A stretch of DNA of 64,000 nucleotides, taken from the IMG/VR virus record IMGVR_UViG_3300036770_007495, positions 62,001 to 126,000 of that record, one strand, 5' to 3'. Positions 23,745-34,127 of the stretch are shown in pieces (within the stretch, counting starts at the first letter, position 1; each line of letters starts with the position of its first letter). Below the pieces are notes generated by a model. The model did not search any database, had not been told where the DNA came from, and saw only the letters and a list, made by a program, of their open reading frames with translations. The translations under genes and the position numbers were made by a program.

Positions 23745-23776
23745 AAAAAAACCCGCCTTTCGGCGGGTTTTTTTTT
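23745..23776. terminator. bidirectional terminator
   Basis: A7-cccgcc-tttc-ggcggg-T9 between convergent genes. Confidence 0.9.
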
Positions 23777-23793
23777 GATTGATGTCTGTGTTG

Positions 23794-24366
23794 TTATCCA
23801 ACGTAACCAAGCACCCACAATCTGCGAGCTTCAGCTTGGCATGTATAGATTCCATCACCTTCACTTGCTGTATTAACAGCTGTAACAGTGATGGTTGTAG
23901 TAGCAGTTGTATCACTTGCTGTCTTAACAATGCTTGTGCTGCCAGCATTGCCAGAAAGTGCAAAGCTTGAAAGTGTAAGAGTAACAGTTCCTGTTTGAAT
24001 ACCTTTTGCACACTCAGCACCCAATGCGGTGAGTCTAAATGTTACAGATCCAGAAGAAGCAGCATTACCACCTTGCAAAACAACAGGTGTTGCAAAAGAC
24101 TGCGCAGTATTGAATTCAAAGATTGAATTGTCTTGACCCTGTGCTGTATAAATGGGCGCGCCTGCAATTTGCTGCGAGAAAGAAATGCCTGTAGCATAAG
24201 CAGTCACCGGAGGTGAAGCAGCCAGAGGCACGCGAACAAAGAGTGTTGTGTTTGCCACACTTCCGGTTCCACCTGTGAGACGTTCACCGGCGTCTAATGC
24301 GCTGCCTGCAGTAGAAAATGTGAATGGAGCTGTACCAGCGATTTCAATGGGAATACTTAAAGCCAT
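23794..24366 (-). CDS. Ala/Thr/Gly-rich probable virion (decoration) protein
   Basis: late promoter; capsid-like codon style; composition. Confidence 0.55.
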   Translation of the reverse strand: MALSIPIEIAGTAPFTFSTAGSALDAGERLTGGTGSVANTTLFVRVPLAASPPVTAYATGISFSQQIAGAPIYTAQGQDNSIFEFNTAQSFATPVVLQGGNAASSGSVTFRLTALGAECAKGIQTGTVTLTLSSFALSGNAGSTSIVKTASDTTATTTITVTAVNTASEGDGIYTCQAEARRLWVLGYVG

Positions 24367-24403
24367 GCTAATATTTATTCATAGCATGCTTTATTTTAGC
24401 ATA

Positions 24404-24877
24404 TTAGTCTTTCCATTTAACTCTTTTTGAGCTGGTCTTTTTATGCATTTTGCCTTTGATCTTTTTGCACTGCTGGTGTGTTGGTCTGCATGCAGGGTAC
24501 TTGCCGCCTTTGCTTTTGGATGAACAAGGACCACCAGTTCTGCAGTTGATCCAACCTTTGAATCGCTTGCCTGTGCGTTTGTCAATGTGTGGCTTGAACC
24601 AATCTCTCAAATTTTCAACAATGAGACCATCCATGTACTGATCAAGTGATTCTTTTTTAGGCTGCAGCTCCTTTTTGAGTTCTTCCATTTTGCCAAGAAC
24701 CTCTCTTTGTTCTTGATTGAAATCAATGTTGCGTGCATCTGCATTGAAGATTGCATCCATTTCACTATCTGCATCAAATGTAGCTACAATGCCTTGATTG
24801 CCAAGCTTGTCTTTGACAGCAAAGCGCCCATCTTTGGTGCGTACTACAATGTAGCGAATGCGATCTGTGTAGCTCAT
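24404..24877 (-). CDS. hypothetical with basic ENLRDWFK...YPACRP module
   Basis: ORF; motif familiar from large phages. Confidence 0.65.
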   Translation of the reverse strand: MSYTDRIRYIVVRTKDGRFAVKDKLGNQGIVATFDADSEMDAIFNADARNIDFNQEQREVLGKMEELKKELQPKKESLDQYMDGLIVENLRDWFKPHIDKRTGKRFKGWINCRTGGPCSSKSKGGKYPACRPTHQQCKKIKGKMHKKTSSKRVKWKD

Positions 24878-24878
24878 A

Positions 24879-25046
24879 TCACTTTATTTTGCCTTTGCGT
24901 TTGCGGCATTTGGCAATGTAACCGCTTGCATATGCACTTGGAAACACTTTGTACTTGCTTTTGGCGCGATGATAGCATGCATCATGCTTGGGCTTTTTTG
25001 CAGCCTCTTCAAGCATTTGAGCAAAGATTTCACCAAAAATATTCAT
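24879..25046 (-). CDS. small basic protein (55 aa, absent from ORF track)
   Basis: MNIFGEIFAQMLEE..DACYHRAKSKYKVFPSAYASG..KCRK. Confidence 0.65.
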   Translation of the reverse strand: MNIFGEIFAQMLEEAAKKPKHDACYHRAKSKYKVFPSAYASGYIAKCRKRKGKIK

Positions 25047-25049
25047 CAA

Positions 25050-25511
25050 TTAGTCTTCTTGGTTTGCTTTGCATTCTTCACATCCATCACAATCGCATCC
25101 TTCTTCAGCATGTTTGCAATGCATGTGTTCTTCAGCTTCTTCTTTGCCTTTAGTTTTGCTAATGGCTGCACCAATTTTTTCGCGACGCTTTTTGAGATAT
25201 TCATCTGTTGAATCAGAATCGCCATCATTATCAATATCATCATCTTCTTCGCCAACTGCATCAAGCTTTTCAAGATATAATGACATCACATGTTGATATG
25301 CAAAATCGAAAACATTTTCTGGCTGAGCACTCTCAACCAAAGCATTTAATTCATTGGTAAGAGCAGACTCTTTCTTAATAAACTCTTTGATCTTTTTCTT
25401 AGACATCTTTTTAGCTATTTCTTTAGCAGCACCCTTTACTTTGGTGTTTCCCTTTTTAGCACCCATGGCTGCTTTGAAAAGGTTTTGTTGTTTTTTAGAT
25501 TTTGATGGCAT
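25050..25511 (-). CDS. charged late protein
   Basis: MPSKSKKQQ; DIDNDGDSDSTDEYLKKRR. Confidence 0.65.
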   Translation of the reverse strand: MPSKSKKQQNLFKAAMGAKKGNTKVKGAAKEIAKKMSKKKIKEFIKKESALTNELNALVESAQPENVFDFAYQHVMSLYLEKLDAVGEEDDDIDNDGDSDSTDEYLKKRREKIGAAISKTKGKEEAEEHMHCKHAEEGCDCDGCEECKANQED

Positions 25512-25522
25512 AATGCATTTAT

Positions 25523-26440
25523 TTATGCAGCTGCGCGCATTTTTAAAAGCATTTTCTCAATTGCCAAGTCTTTCATTTTGAGCTCCACTTCATAATCTAC
25601 ACTTTTGCCAAAGTCAGTAGGAAGCAATTCTGCATAATCAGCATGCTTGCGAGTTCCATCAATGCCTTCACTGTAATGAAACACAGGACGACAAGGCCAG
25701 GTGCTGTGAGCCATGTCAAATGCTTCTTGATGAGACATTGCATCGCCAATCATTTCATGATGCAGATTGTCATAAGTCACAGGAATTTGCTCAGTCTTGT
25801 ACAGTTGATTGTACAACTCTTGAATGGTCCATTGACCTTGCTTGTTGTCATTCACCTCAACAACAAGGCGTTTGCGAACTGAATCGGAGCATTTGGCAAG
25901 ATTGCGACGAAACGTTTGCCCCAGTTTCTCCACGTCGCCCTGTTGTCGAATGTGAATGTTAAGAGGAGATGCATAGCTTTGGGGCAACCCAAGAAGATCA
26001 AAGATCTCCCCATGTTGCTCCAAGTCTCGAATGGAATTAGCAATGACACGCTCATCTTCACTTGTCAGAGAGATGAATTCAGAAGGATGAGCGCTGGTGC
26101 GCATGTTGTTGTCAATGATGGCTTGTTTGGCTTCATCCATGGCATCAAAGATTTTTTGTGCATCATCAAAGTCAGTGATTTGCATGTTGACATTGGGATG
26201 ATTGATGACAGGCACAAGATCAGAAGACAGACGATATCGCTCAATGCCCATGTTTTTGCACATGCGTACAATTTTAGCAACAGTCTTGAAGTTGTTGATG
26301 ATGCGAGAAGCAAGAATGCTTTCCGCTTGTTTGCGCGGCAGTTTGGCAAACTGCGTGTATGTCATGGTCTGAAATTTGATGCCTTGCTCTTTGCATTTGA
26401 GAGAGATGCAGCACAGACCGAGTGAATAGTTGTAAGTCAT
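25523..26440 (-). CDS. uvsE: UV damage endonuclease
   Basis: YRLSSDLVP, SAHP, NIH, E.ND, YDNLHH, FHYSE, HADY, E.K.KD.A. Confidence 0.9.
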   Translation of the reverse strand: MTYNYSLGLCCISLKCKEQGIKFQTMTYTQFAKLPRKQAESILASRIINNFKTVAKIVRMCKNMGIERYRLSSDLVPVINHPNVNMQITDFDDAQKIFDAMDEAKQAIIDNNMRTSAHPSEFISLTSEDERVIANSIRDLEQHGEIFDLLGLPQSYASPLNIHIRQQGDVEKLGQTFRRNLAKCSDSVRKRLVVEVNDNKQGQWTIQELYNQLYKTEQIPVTYDNLHHEMIGDAMSHQEAFDMAHSTWPCRPVFHYSEGIDGTRKHADYAELLPTDFGKSVDYEVELKMKDLAIEKMLLKMRAAA

Positions 26441-26475
26441 GTTGTACAATACAATGAAAATGCAGGACAATCAAC

Positions 26476-26512
26476 AAAAAAGACCCGAGCAGCATAAAAT
26501 ACTGCTCGGGTC
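26476..26512 (-). terminator. intrinsic terminator after queF
   Basis: gacccgagcag/ctgctcgggtc followed by T-run on minus strand. Confidence 0.75.
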
Positions 26513-26551
26513 ATCCCGGTTTCTGTTTTTGTTGCTAAGCTACACAACAAA

Positions 26552-27481
26552 TCATTGCTTAGGTGTCTTGATGTGGCAATATTCTGTATTGCTCAAAGAG
26601 CCATGCAGCAACATTTCACTTGACACACGTTCTGGATTGATGTCAATGCCACCGCGACGAGCATACAAGCAAACAACAGACAGTTCACTTGGCTTCAAAG
26701 CATCATGCAGACGTTTGTAAATGGTTTCACAAATTTCTTCATGAAAGTGACATTCATCACGGAATGAAATGATGTAGCGCAGCAATGATTCAGGCGTCAC
26801 AGTCTTGTTGCCTCTGATGTGAATCAAAACATCACCCCAGTCAGGCTGAGAAGTCACACGGCAATTGCTCTTGAGCAATGCACTATGATACCTGTATGGT
26901 TTGCCTTTGCTACCACGCACAGTTTCAGCATCAACAACTTCAAGCAGTTCAGGAGTTTCTTGATAAACAGTCACTTCACCTGCATCATAATTGTCTTCAA
27001 GAGTTTCATACTCTTCAAGACCATATTCATCTGAAACAGATGTCTGCTCACAAATTGCTTCATAATTGCTAAAGACCCTGACTTCAACTTCAGTTTCAAG
27101 CAATTCGCTAAGATCTTTTGCAGCTGTTTCAGCAATGACATTGTGAACTTCATGTGCATTGTTTCCCAACTTAGTCATGTTGAATGAGTTGAAATACAAT
27201 TTGATGGACTTGGATTCCACAATGTACTTGCTGGAGCAAGGATAAACAATCTTTGCAACGCCAGTCACAGGAACACCTTTGTTGGTCAGTGCAGAGATTT
27301 CATATGCATTCCAAGTATCATTGCCATAAAATGGTAAATCATCATCTTGAATGTTGAGATGCTTGCGATTGTTGCTACGAGGCTCTCTCACAAGAAGAGA
27401 TGCATCGTATTGAGACTTGTACTCCGAGGTCTTACCAAGGTGCACACTGATGTTGCTGTTGTCGAGTTTATCTAATGCCAT
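26552..27481 (-). CDS. queF: NADPH-dependent preQ0 reductase (bimodular)
   Basis: ESKSIKLYFNSF; C.VTSQPDWG; FHE; YARRGGID. Confidence 0.93.
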   Translation of the reverse strand: MALDKLDNSNISVHLGKTSEYKSQYDASLLVREPRSNNRKHLNIQDDDLPFYGNDTWNAYEISALTNKGVPVTGVAKIVYPCSSKYIVESKSIKLYFNSFNMTKLGNNAHEVHNVIAETAAKDLSELLETEVEVRVFSNYEAICEQTSVSDEYGLEEYETLEDNYDAGEVTVYQETPELLEVVDAETVRGSKGKPYRYHSALLKSNCRVTSQPDWGDVLIHIRGNKTVTPESLLRYIISFRDECHFHEEICETIYKRLHDALKPSELSVVCLYARRGGIDINPERVSSEMLLHGSLSNTEYCHIKTPKQ

Positions 27482-28013
27482 ATTTGTTGAGTGTTTGTTT
27501 GATTGTTTGCATGCGCTGTTCCACTGTCCCTGACAATTCTACCAGTTGTTCTGGTTTGCACCAATTGTGAATTTTATATTCCATTGCTGCAACAATTTGC
27601 TTTCTAAAATCTACATCTGTAGATCTTTCACCATCATCTACCAAATCAAAATCTGCAGAACAATAGAATACAAGATCTATTTTTTGCAACAGAACACTAA
27701 ACAAGTTCCATGCATAATTGTATACCCATGCACTCACTTTGTTTTTCTTGTAAAGCCATTCTGTATAAACCAAACCATCAATGATGCACCGATCCATGAT
27801 GACATCACCTGCAATGAATGAATTGGTGAGATGTTGATTAAGAATCAGCAACTGCGTAACATCACCTGCATGCTCATTGATGGGAACATTGTAAGTGCGC
27901 TTCACATAACGAGTCACTTCATCAACATAAGTCACAGGCAAATTGAGTTTTTTACACTCATTGAGCAGAGTACTTTTGCCAGTGGATTGAGCTCCAGTAA
28001 AACTAATGACCAT
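27468..28013 (-). CDS. AAA_28/NadR-like nucleotide kinase
   Basis: GAQSTGKSTL; MDRCIID. Confidence 0.8.
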   Translation of the reverse strand: MVISFTGAQSTGKSTLLNECKKLNLPVTYVDEVTRYVKRTYNVPINEHAGDVTQLLILNQHLTNSFIAGDVIMDRCIIDGLVYTEWLYKKNKVSAWVYNYAWNLFSVLLQKIDLVFYCSADFDLVDDGERSTDVDFRKQIVAAMEYKIHNWCKPEQLVELSGTVEQRMQTIKQTLNKYGIR

Positions 28014-28016
28014 GTA

Positions 28017-28565
28017 TTATAGTAATGTCTTGAGAAGTTTAATCCACTGTTCAATGGAAGTTTTTTTGAGAGTTGCAATGGTTTCTTCTACACTCTTGCA
28101 ATGTGCAATGGCTACCTCATCATGCATCACAATGGGACCACCATCCACTTCTGCAGTAACGCGATGAATGACACAACCACTAAAAGGCAATTTCAGTTCA
28201 AAAGCTTTCTTTTGAGGATCTTTGCCTTTGAGCTGAGGAAACTTTTTGATGTCTCCAGGATGCCCATTGAAGATTTGATATCGTTGACACACATCTCCAG
28301 GCACAATTTTGAGCCACCCATGCAGAGTTACAAGAGGCTCATCACCTGCTGAAAAAGCATCAAACAAAGAGTTGTAGAGCTTGCTCTCTACTTTGCTCTT
28401 TGCATCAACTTGAACTAGCATGCTTTTGTTCCAAATGGAAGCATCAACTTCAGCAGCATTTGTAACAACAACGTCAGGCCATTTGTTGAGTCGTTTGCAG
28501 ACTTCTTGCAACTCACTGCCTGTTTGTGAGAACATTGCAAACCAGCATCGCTTTACATCACTCAT
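28017..28565 (-). CDS. PurN-like formyltransferase (DpdN candidate)
   Basis: FSQTGS; LHGWLKI; NGHPG; G..IH.VT.EVD.GPI. Confidence 0.8.
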   Translation of the reverse strand: MSDVKRCWFAMFSQTGSELQEVCKRLNKWPDVVVTNAAEVDASIWNKSMLVQVDAKSKVESKLYNSLFDAFSAGDEPLVTLHGWLKIVPGDVCQRYQIFNGHPGDIKKFPQLKGKDPQKKAFELKLPFSGCVIHRVTAEVDGGPIVMHDEVAIAHCKSVEETIATLKKTSIEQWIKLLKTLL

Positions 28566-28566
28566 A

Positions 28567-29364
28567 TTATTTGACAATGTTTTTGAAATGCATGATGTTG
28601 TATTCAATGCGCTTCATTTCTTCATCTGAAACTTTGTGATCAATCATCTCCACAAGCTTTTGAGAAGGCTTGATTTCAAGACCGTGCTCACCATTGTACA
28701 AATATCCTTTGATGCCTGCAACAACAGGATTGCTTGTATCAATGGAGTGAATGTTGTGAATGCAGTGATCTCTGTAAAAGCCAAATTCTTTGGCAATGGA
28801 GCAACCAAGCAAATGGTGCGGCTTTTTGTAATTCCAAATGCCATCAGCAATGAGATTCTTGATGAATCGAATTCGACCATCACACTGACGCTGCAGCTTA
28901 TTGGATCCAATGCCTGTGCCTTGATAGTAACTCAAATCAAAACTAATGGCAATCATGTCAGCACTTTCAGACATGAACTGATAACAATTTGCCAATTCAG
29001 CATACGTTCTGCCCTGCACCGTGCCAATTTTTACACCAGGCAGACCAGTATAAGTGCTTCCAAAGTTGATGAAGTTTTGAATGGTTTCTTCACCATTCTC
29101 GAGAACATCTGGCAACACATAATATGACGGCTGAAGCTTTTCAATCCAATCTGCAAATTTGTCAGCATCAAATGCTGTACCCAATTCAAAGATGCTGTTG
29201 TCAAGTAGCACATCTCTGTGAAGCTTGTGACGAGCATTGTAGAAAAAATTGTAATATTCTGGATGAGTCTCAAACAGATGAACCAATGCATAATCATAGT
29301 CTGTCTGTGGCTGAACTTTGCTCAGAATAGAGATTGGAGCTTCGTGTGCAATTTTAGGAGTCAT
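28567..29364 (-). CDS. TGT-fold (DpdA-like) protein
   Basis: LLDNS.FE, PDV, VQG, HLLG, SIDTS; next to queF. Confidence 0.65.
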   Translation of the reverse strand: MTPKIAHEAPISILSKVQPQTDYDYALVHLFETHPEYYNFFYNARHKLHRDVLLDNSIFELGTAFDADKFADWIEKLQPSYYVLPDVLENGEETIQNFINFGSTYTGLPGVKIGTVQGRTYAELANCYQFMSESADMIAISFDLSYYQGTGIGSNKLQRQCDGRIRFIKNLIADGIWNYKKPHHLLGCSIAKEFGFYRDHCIHNIHSIDTSNPVVAGIKGYLYNGEHGLEIKPSQKLVEMIDHKVSDEEMKRIEYNIMHFKNIVK

Positions 29365-29413
29365 TGCCAACAATATACATGGTGTTCTCAAATTTTCAAC
29401 TTAAATATCTAAT

Positions 29414-29980
29414 ATGTTACCCAAAGTAGGAAGTTTTCTCAACAATGCGACCAGCACTTTTGATCAAATCACAAAAATTGCCAAAGGCATCATGTGTATC
29501 CCGTCTTTGCTTGGAACTTTGTTTTCAGGTGGCGGTCTCAAGTCTTTTGGTGCAGCAGTTTTAGCATCAGCAGGTAACATTGTATCAACCATTGTTCAGA
29601 ATGAAATTGCTCTCATTGGCAATCTTGTTAGTCAAGCATTGAGACAATTGTATAGAGATGTAATGTCCATCATCAGGACATTCAAAGCCGTCTTTGATAC
29701 TGTTGCTAAATTGCGTCAAAAGACTCAAGATACTCTTGATTATGTTAAGAATACAGAAAACTGTGCATATGCAGCAGGTGACTTGGTCTCATGTGTTTTG
29801 ATTTCAGCAACCAACTTGCAAAAAACCATCAGAAAGCCTGCACAAAAATTAGATGAATTCAACAACAAATTGTATGATGCAGTTGGTGGATCCACTGGAA
29901 CACTCAACAACTATGTCAATAAAAATTTGCAATTTCTCGACAAAGCAAAGATGCAAATGAATCTGCAAAATCTACTATGA
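29414..29980 (+). CDS. late hypothetical protein (baseplate region)
   Basis: TAAATA upstream; overlaps gp5-like start. Confidence 0.7.
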   Translation: MLPKVGSFLNNATSTFDQITKIAKGIMCIPSLLGTLFSGGGLKSFGAAVLASAGNIVSTIVQNEIALIGNLVSQALRQLYRDVMSIIRTFKAVFDTVAKLRQKTQDTLDYVKNTENCAYAAGDLVSCVLISATNLQKTIRKPAQKLDEFNNKLYDAVGGSTGTLNNYVNKNLQFLDKAKMQMNLQNLL

Positions 29981-32394
29981 ACGAACAACTTCTTCCAGGT
30001 GATGAGCCAACCAACATCAAGCAAATGGTGCTGGAAAACAACATTTATGGCATGCAATTTTCGGGATTTTATCGCGGCATTGCGATTCAAAACAATGATC
30101 CTGAGAGACGTGGCCGTGTCAAAGTTTACATTCCTGCATTTGCACCTCAAATTTACAATCAATGGTATGATCAAGATGATACCAACAAAAGCTTTCGATT
30201 TCCAGCAGGTAGCAACATTTACAAAAATGAAGCATCTCTCAAATTAATTTTTGAAGAAGCTAAGAAAATTTTGCCATGGGCTGAACAAGCATCATCATTG
30301 CTCGGAGCAGGCTCACCAGGTACATACGTCAAATCAAGTGATGTAGCAACCATCAGCGACAGCAGCTCTGCAAAGTTGCCTGCACCAGGCGGTGCTTTGA
30401 ACGTTGATGGCATTGGTGAGAAGGCAGGCTTCTTGTATGAGACTCCTGTAGGACAACTCAAAGATGGTTTCAATGGATACAATGCTGATGGAATGCCTGA
30501 AACCAATCCATACGCATTTCAATTCAAACCATCTACTTACAGCAATTGCACCAAAGGTGTTTTTACAGTGCCTGATGTAGGTGCAAACGTCTGGGTGTTT
30601 TTTGAGAATGGCAACATTGAAAGCCCCATTTATTTTGCCTACAGTTTTGACAAAAGCGATTGGCAAAAAGTCAATGAGATGGTCAATGCTGATGAAACCA
30701 ATGCAGGCATCAACTATCCAGGTGCATTTGAAAATTCTAAGAGTGGGGACCCACAAGCTTACAAAAAAGGCAAAACTGTTTGGAACTCCAAAGGCGGAAC
30801 CATTGAAGTCATTGACACGGACGACAATGAATCAGTAAAAATTACCCATGCAAGTGGTTCCTTTTTGCAGCTTCACAAATTAGCTACTACAAATCTTGTC
30901 ACTGGCAATGATCAAAAATTGGTGCTCAAAACACAATTTGAAACCATCACCAACAACAAAAATGTTCACGTCAAGAAAACATACAACATTGGTGTTGATG
31001 AATCAAGATGGACACGCATTGGTGATTGGAGAAATAGGGATGCTTACCAGCAATGGGTTGAGTTGAATCGCCCCATTGCAGACACAAGATCACGTTTTGC
31101 AATCAAGCGCTCTGCAGGAGCACCACACACATCTTCTTTGACTGTGCCTGCAGGTAGCGTGAATCAACAGCGAAGTGGATCATTTGCTTCAAATCCTGTG
31201 CTGAGTCAACAGCCTGTTGCAGTTGCATCTGCTTCCATTCCAAACAACATTTATGAGTCAACTCCTGTAGCAAGTGAGCAAGATGGCAATCAGGCAGGTA
31301 CGCTTGAGACAGCTGTGCGTCAGGTTGCTACAGATTCTTCTGATGCTGTTGCAACATCTATTCCAGTCAATGAGTTTGCTATTGCGGCAGGCAAGCGCGG
31401 CTCAAACAACTTTGTTGGTTCAGATCCTAAACTGTCTGCATCAACTCAAGACGGCAAATGGGATGTTGATGAGAGCTATGCTGACATCAGCAATTTTGAA
31501 ACAGCACAAAGTCAAAGAATGCTTGAATATGAGCAGAAGTTTGGCACAGGTGGTGATGAGACCATTGAAATTCTTCGACACAAATATGAAGTTGTAGGCG
31601 GAGCTTTCAATGATACTCAAAGCGTTAGAGTTGATTCAGTTGGACGAACTGAATTCAATGAGATGCTCATTTGTACAAAAACAGCATTTGCTTCACAAAA
31701 GCCAAGTCCATTGGTTGAGCGTGTTGCCAATGATGGTAAATTTCCATGTGGTAATTATTCATTGACCATTTGCAACAGCTTCAACTGCACAGTTGGTAGC
31801 GGTGGTATTCATATGACAACTCTTGGCACAGTTGATTTGGCTGGATCACAAGTTGTAATTTCTGGCTCAAATGAACTCATCATGAGCTCACCCGGTGATG
31901 TAAAAATTGTTTCTGGTAGTCGTTTCAATGTTACTGCTGACATTGTTACATTGCGTCAATCAGAAGGTAAACAAGTTGGCATTGATTGCAGCTTGGGTGT
32001 GCGCAACAATGTAATCATTGGTGGTGGTGCATATGTTGAAGGTGAGTTGTTTGTGAACCATGTTACAGCACCAGTTGAAATTCAAGAAACAGAGCTCACA
32101 AAACTGTATGGTAGACCAGACAATGAGAATAAAAAAGTCATTGGCTATGTCAAGGTAAATAATCAATGGCAGCCAGTCTATTCATGTGTGCCAGAAGAGG
32201 GTAGATTCAATGATGCAGACAGCATCATCAATGTTCCACATTCTCACAACTTTAGAAACTTGCCACTCAAGCTTGTTGACAACAATGCAAGTGTGCGAAC
32301 AGCTGCTATGCCAATGAACAAAGGAACAGCGCCAGTTGTTGCTGGCGCTGTCTCAAATGGCAAAAAGACTATTTCTAAAGTTGAATTGAGTTAA
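29977..32394 (+). CDS. gp5/VgrG-like baseplate hub/spike
   Basis: YRG....NDPERRGRVKV; LPWA; G.F.VP.VG..VWVFFENG..P; HASGS. Confidence 0.8.
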   Translation: MNEQLLPGDEPTNIKQMVLENNIYGMQFSGFYRGIAIQNNDPERRGRVKVYIPAFAPQIYNQWYDQDDTNKSFRFPAGSNIYKNEASLKLIFEEAKKILPWAEQASSLLGAGSPGTYVKSSDVATISDSSSAKLPAPGGALNVDGIGEKAGFLYETPVGQLKDGFNGYNADGMPETNPYAFQFKPSTYSNCTKGVFTVPDVGANVWVFFENGNIESPIYFAYSFDKSDWQKVNEMVNADETNAGINYPGAFENSKSGDPQAYKKGKTVWNSKGGTIEVIDTDDNESVKITHASGSFLQLHKLATTNLVTGNDQKLVLKTQFETITNNKNVHVKKTYNIGVDESRWTRIGDWRNRDAYQQWVELNRPIADTRSRFAIKRSAGAPHTSSLTVPAGSVNQQRSGSFASNPVLSQQPVAVASASIPNNIYESTPVASEQDGNQAGTLETAVRQVATDSSDAVATSIPVNEFAIAAGKRGSNNFVGSDPKLSASTQDGKWDVDESYADISNFETAQSQRMLEYEQKFGTGGDETIEILRHKYEVVGGAFNDTQSVRVDSVGRTEFNEMLICTKTAFASQKPSPLVERVANDGKFPCGNYSLTICNSFNCTVGSGGIHMTTLGTVDLAGSQVVISGSNELIMSSPGDVKIVSGSRFNVTADIVTLRQSEGKQVGIDCSLGVRNNVIIGGGAYVEGELFVNHVTAPVEIQETELTKLYGRPDNENKKVIGYVKVNNQWQPVYSCVPEEGRFNDADSIINVPHSHNFRNLPLKLVDNNASVRTAAMPMNKGTAPVVAGAVSNGKKTISKVELS

Positions 32395-32924
32395 AGAATC
32401 TCATCAACCAAACCATACTCAAGGCATTGTGTAGAATCCATCCACAAGTCTGATTTGAGCAATTCATCCAACTTCTTTGCAGGAATCTTGGTATGCTTCT
32501 TGTAGATGTTTTTGATGAGCTCCATGAACTGTCTGGTGTTCTTGATTTCATCTTCCATCTCTTCAAGCTTGCCACCACTTTCACTTCTGATTTGGTGAAT
32601 GAGCATTGATGAATATTTGCCAATGAAGCGGCGATGTGCAACGCTAGAGATGAGTGTTGCAGCACTAGCAGCACCACCATCAACATAGGTGTAAACTTTG
32701 CTCTTCAATGTTCTGATGGTATCAATTGTTGCAAGTGCAGCAATGACAGATCCTCCAAATGAATTGATGTGCAGATGAATTACAGGCTCTGAAATGTGTG
32801 CAAGCTCCTTGTCGATTTTGCGTAATGTTGCATTGAGGTGCAAGCATGTTTCAATGTCGATGTCGGCATAAAACCAAATGCGGTTATCTTGGTGTACAAG
32901 GAATTCTTTTACGAAGTCAGACAT
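32391..32924 (-). CDS. clpP: ClpP-like protease
   Basis: INSFGGSV; AASAAT; MLIHQ; D.WM....LEYGLVD. Confidence 0.85.
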   Translation of the reverse strand: MSDFVKEFLVHQDNRIWFYADIDIETCLHLNATLRKIDKELAHISEPVIHLHINSFGGSVIAALATIDTIRTLKSKVYTYVDGGAASAATLISSVAHRRFIGKYSSMLIHQIRSESGGKLEEMEDEIKNTRQFMELIKNIYKKHTKIPAKKLDELLKSDLWMDSTQCLEYGLVDEIL

Positions 32925-32928
32925 AGTG

Positions 32929-33096
32929 TTAGTGTTGGAGATCATTGATAATTTCCTTGATGAGACTCAGTTGTTTTGCTGCAACATCATATTGCACTGC
33001 ATCTTCATCGTCCATGATTGTTTCATTATTGAATGAATTCAACTGCTCTTCAAGAGCTGTTTTTCGCTGAATCCATTTTTGAATGATGTCATTCAT
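32929..33096 (-). CDS. small hypothetical protein (55 aa)
   Basis: fills gap between nrdB and clpP. Confidence 0.5.
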   Translation of the reverse strand: MNDIIQKWIQRKTALEEQLNSFNNETIMDDEDAVQYDVAAKQLSLIKEIINDLQH

Positions 33097-33105
33097 CTGA
33101 CGTAT

Positions 33106-34116
33106 TTAGAAGTCGTCATCCAAAGCTCCAGCAGATTGGTACTCTGTAACACGGGTTTCAAAGAAATTTTTTGCTTTGAGCAAATCCTGAACTTCAGACA
33201 AGAAGTCAAAAGGATTTTTATCGTTCTTGAATCTGTATTTGATGCCGACACTTTCCAGGCGGCGATTGCCAATGTATTGCATGTAGTCAATGAACATACC
33301 TGCATTGAGACCCAAAATGCCATTTGACAATACATCATGAGCATAATTGATTTCAAGCTGCACTGCTTCAATGATGCACTGAGTCAGATCTGCTTCAAAT
33401 TCAGCATCCCATACATCAGGATACTGCTCCTTGATCTTGGTGATGAGAGAAGCACCAAACGCAATGTGCAAAGATTCATCACGCAGGGTATATTCAATCT
33501 GCTCACCAATGCCTGGAATCTTGTGCTTGAGAGCTAGCAACATGGCAAAGCCGCTGAAGAAGAAAGTGCCTTCACACACAACCCAATACAAGAAAGCGGC
33601 TTTGGTGATTGCTTTGCGACCTTCTGTTGTAGATGCATCAACTCCTTTGTTGATGGTCTTGGTAACCTTCATCAAAAACTCATCTTTGGCTCTGATGCTT
33701 GGAATATTTGCATATGCTTCATACACTTCATCTACGTCAAGCTTGAGTGAATCGCAAATGTAAACAATGGTATCATTGTGTAAGCATTCTTCCCAAATCT
33801 GACGAGCCATGTATTGGCGACACTCAGGATCAGTGATGTGCTTGAACATGGTAACCAAGTTGTTACCTACAAGAGATTCAGATCCTGCAAAGAAGCCAAG
33901 GCAGCGCTTGATGACAAGTTTTTCTGCTTCAGAAATGGTGCCATTGCTCCAGTTTTGAATGTCTCTTGTCATTGGAATATCTTCTGGATTCCAGTGATTG
34001 TTTTTGCCCTTGCGGTACAATTCCCATGCCCATTTATTAACATGTGGAAGAATTTGATTTACACCTTCTGCTTGTTTACCGAAAATCTCACCAGTTTTTT
34101 TGCGCATATGTGTCAT
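33106..34116 (-). CDS. nrdB: ribonucleotide reductase class Ia beta
   Basis: W.PE; EE.LH; EG.FF.SGF; RDE..H; NFFE.RV.EY. Confidence 0.95.
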   Translation of the reverse strand: MTHMRKKTGEIFGKQAEGVNQILPHVNKWAWELYRKGKNNHWNPEDIPMTRDIQNWSNGTISEAEKLVIKRCLGFFAGSESLVGNNLVTMFKHITDPECRQYMARQIWEECLHNDTIVYICDSLKLDVDEVYEAYANIPSIRAKDEFLMKVTKTINKGVDASTTEGRKAITKAAFLYWVVCEGTFFFSGFAMLLALKHKIPGIGEQIEYTLRDESLHIAFGASLITKIKEQYPDVWDAEFEADLTQCIIEAVQLEINYAHDVLSNGILGLNAGMFIDYMQYIGNRRLESVGIKYRFKNDKNPFDFLSEVQDLLKAKNFFETRVTEYQSAGALDDDF

Positions 34117-34127
34117 TATTTATCTTG

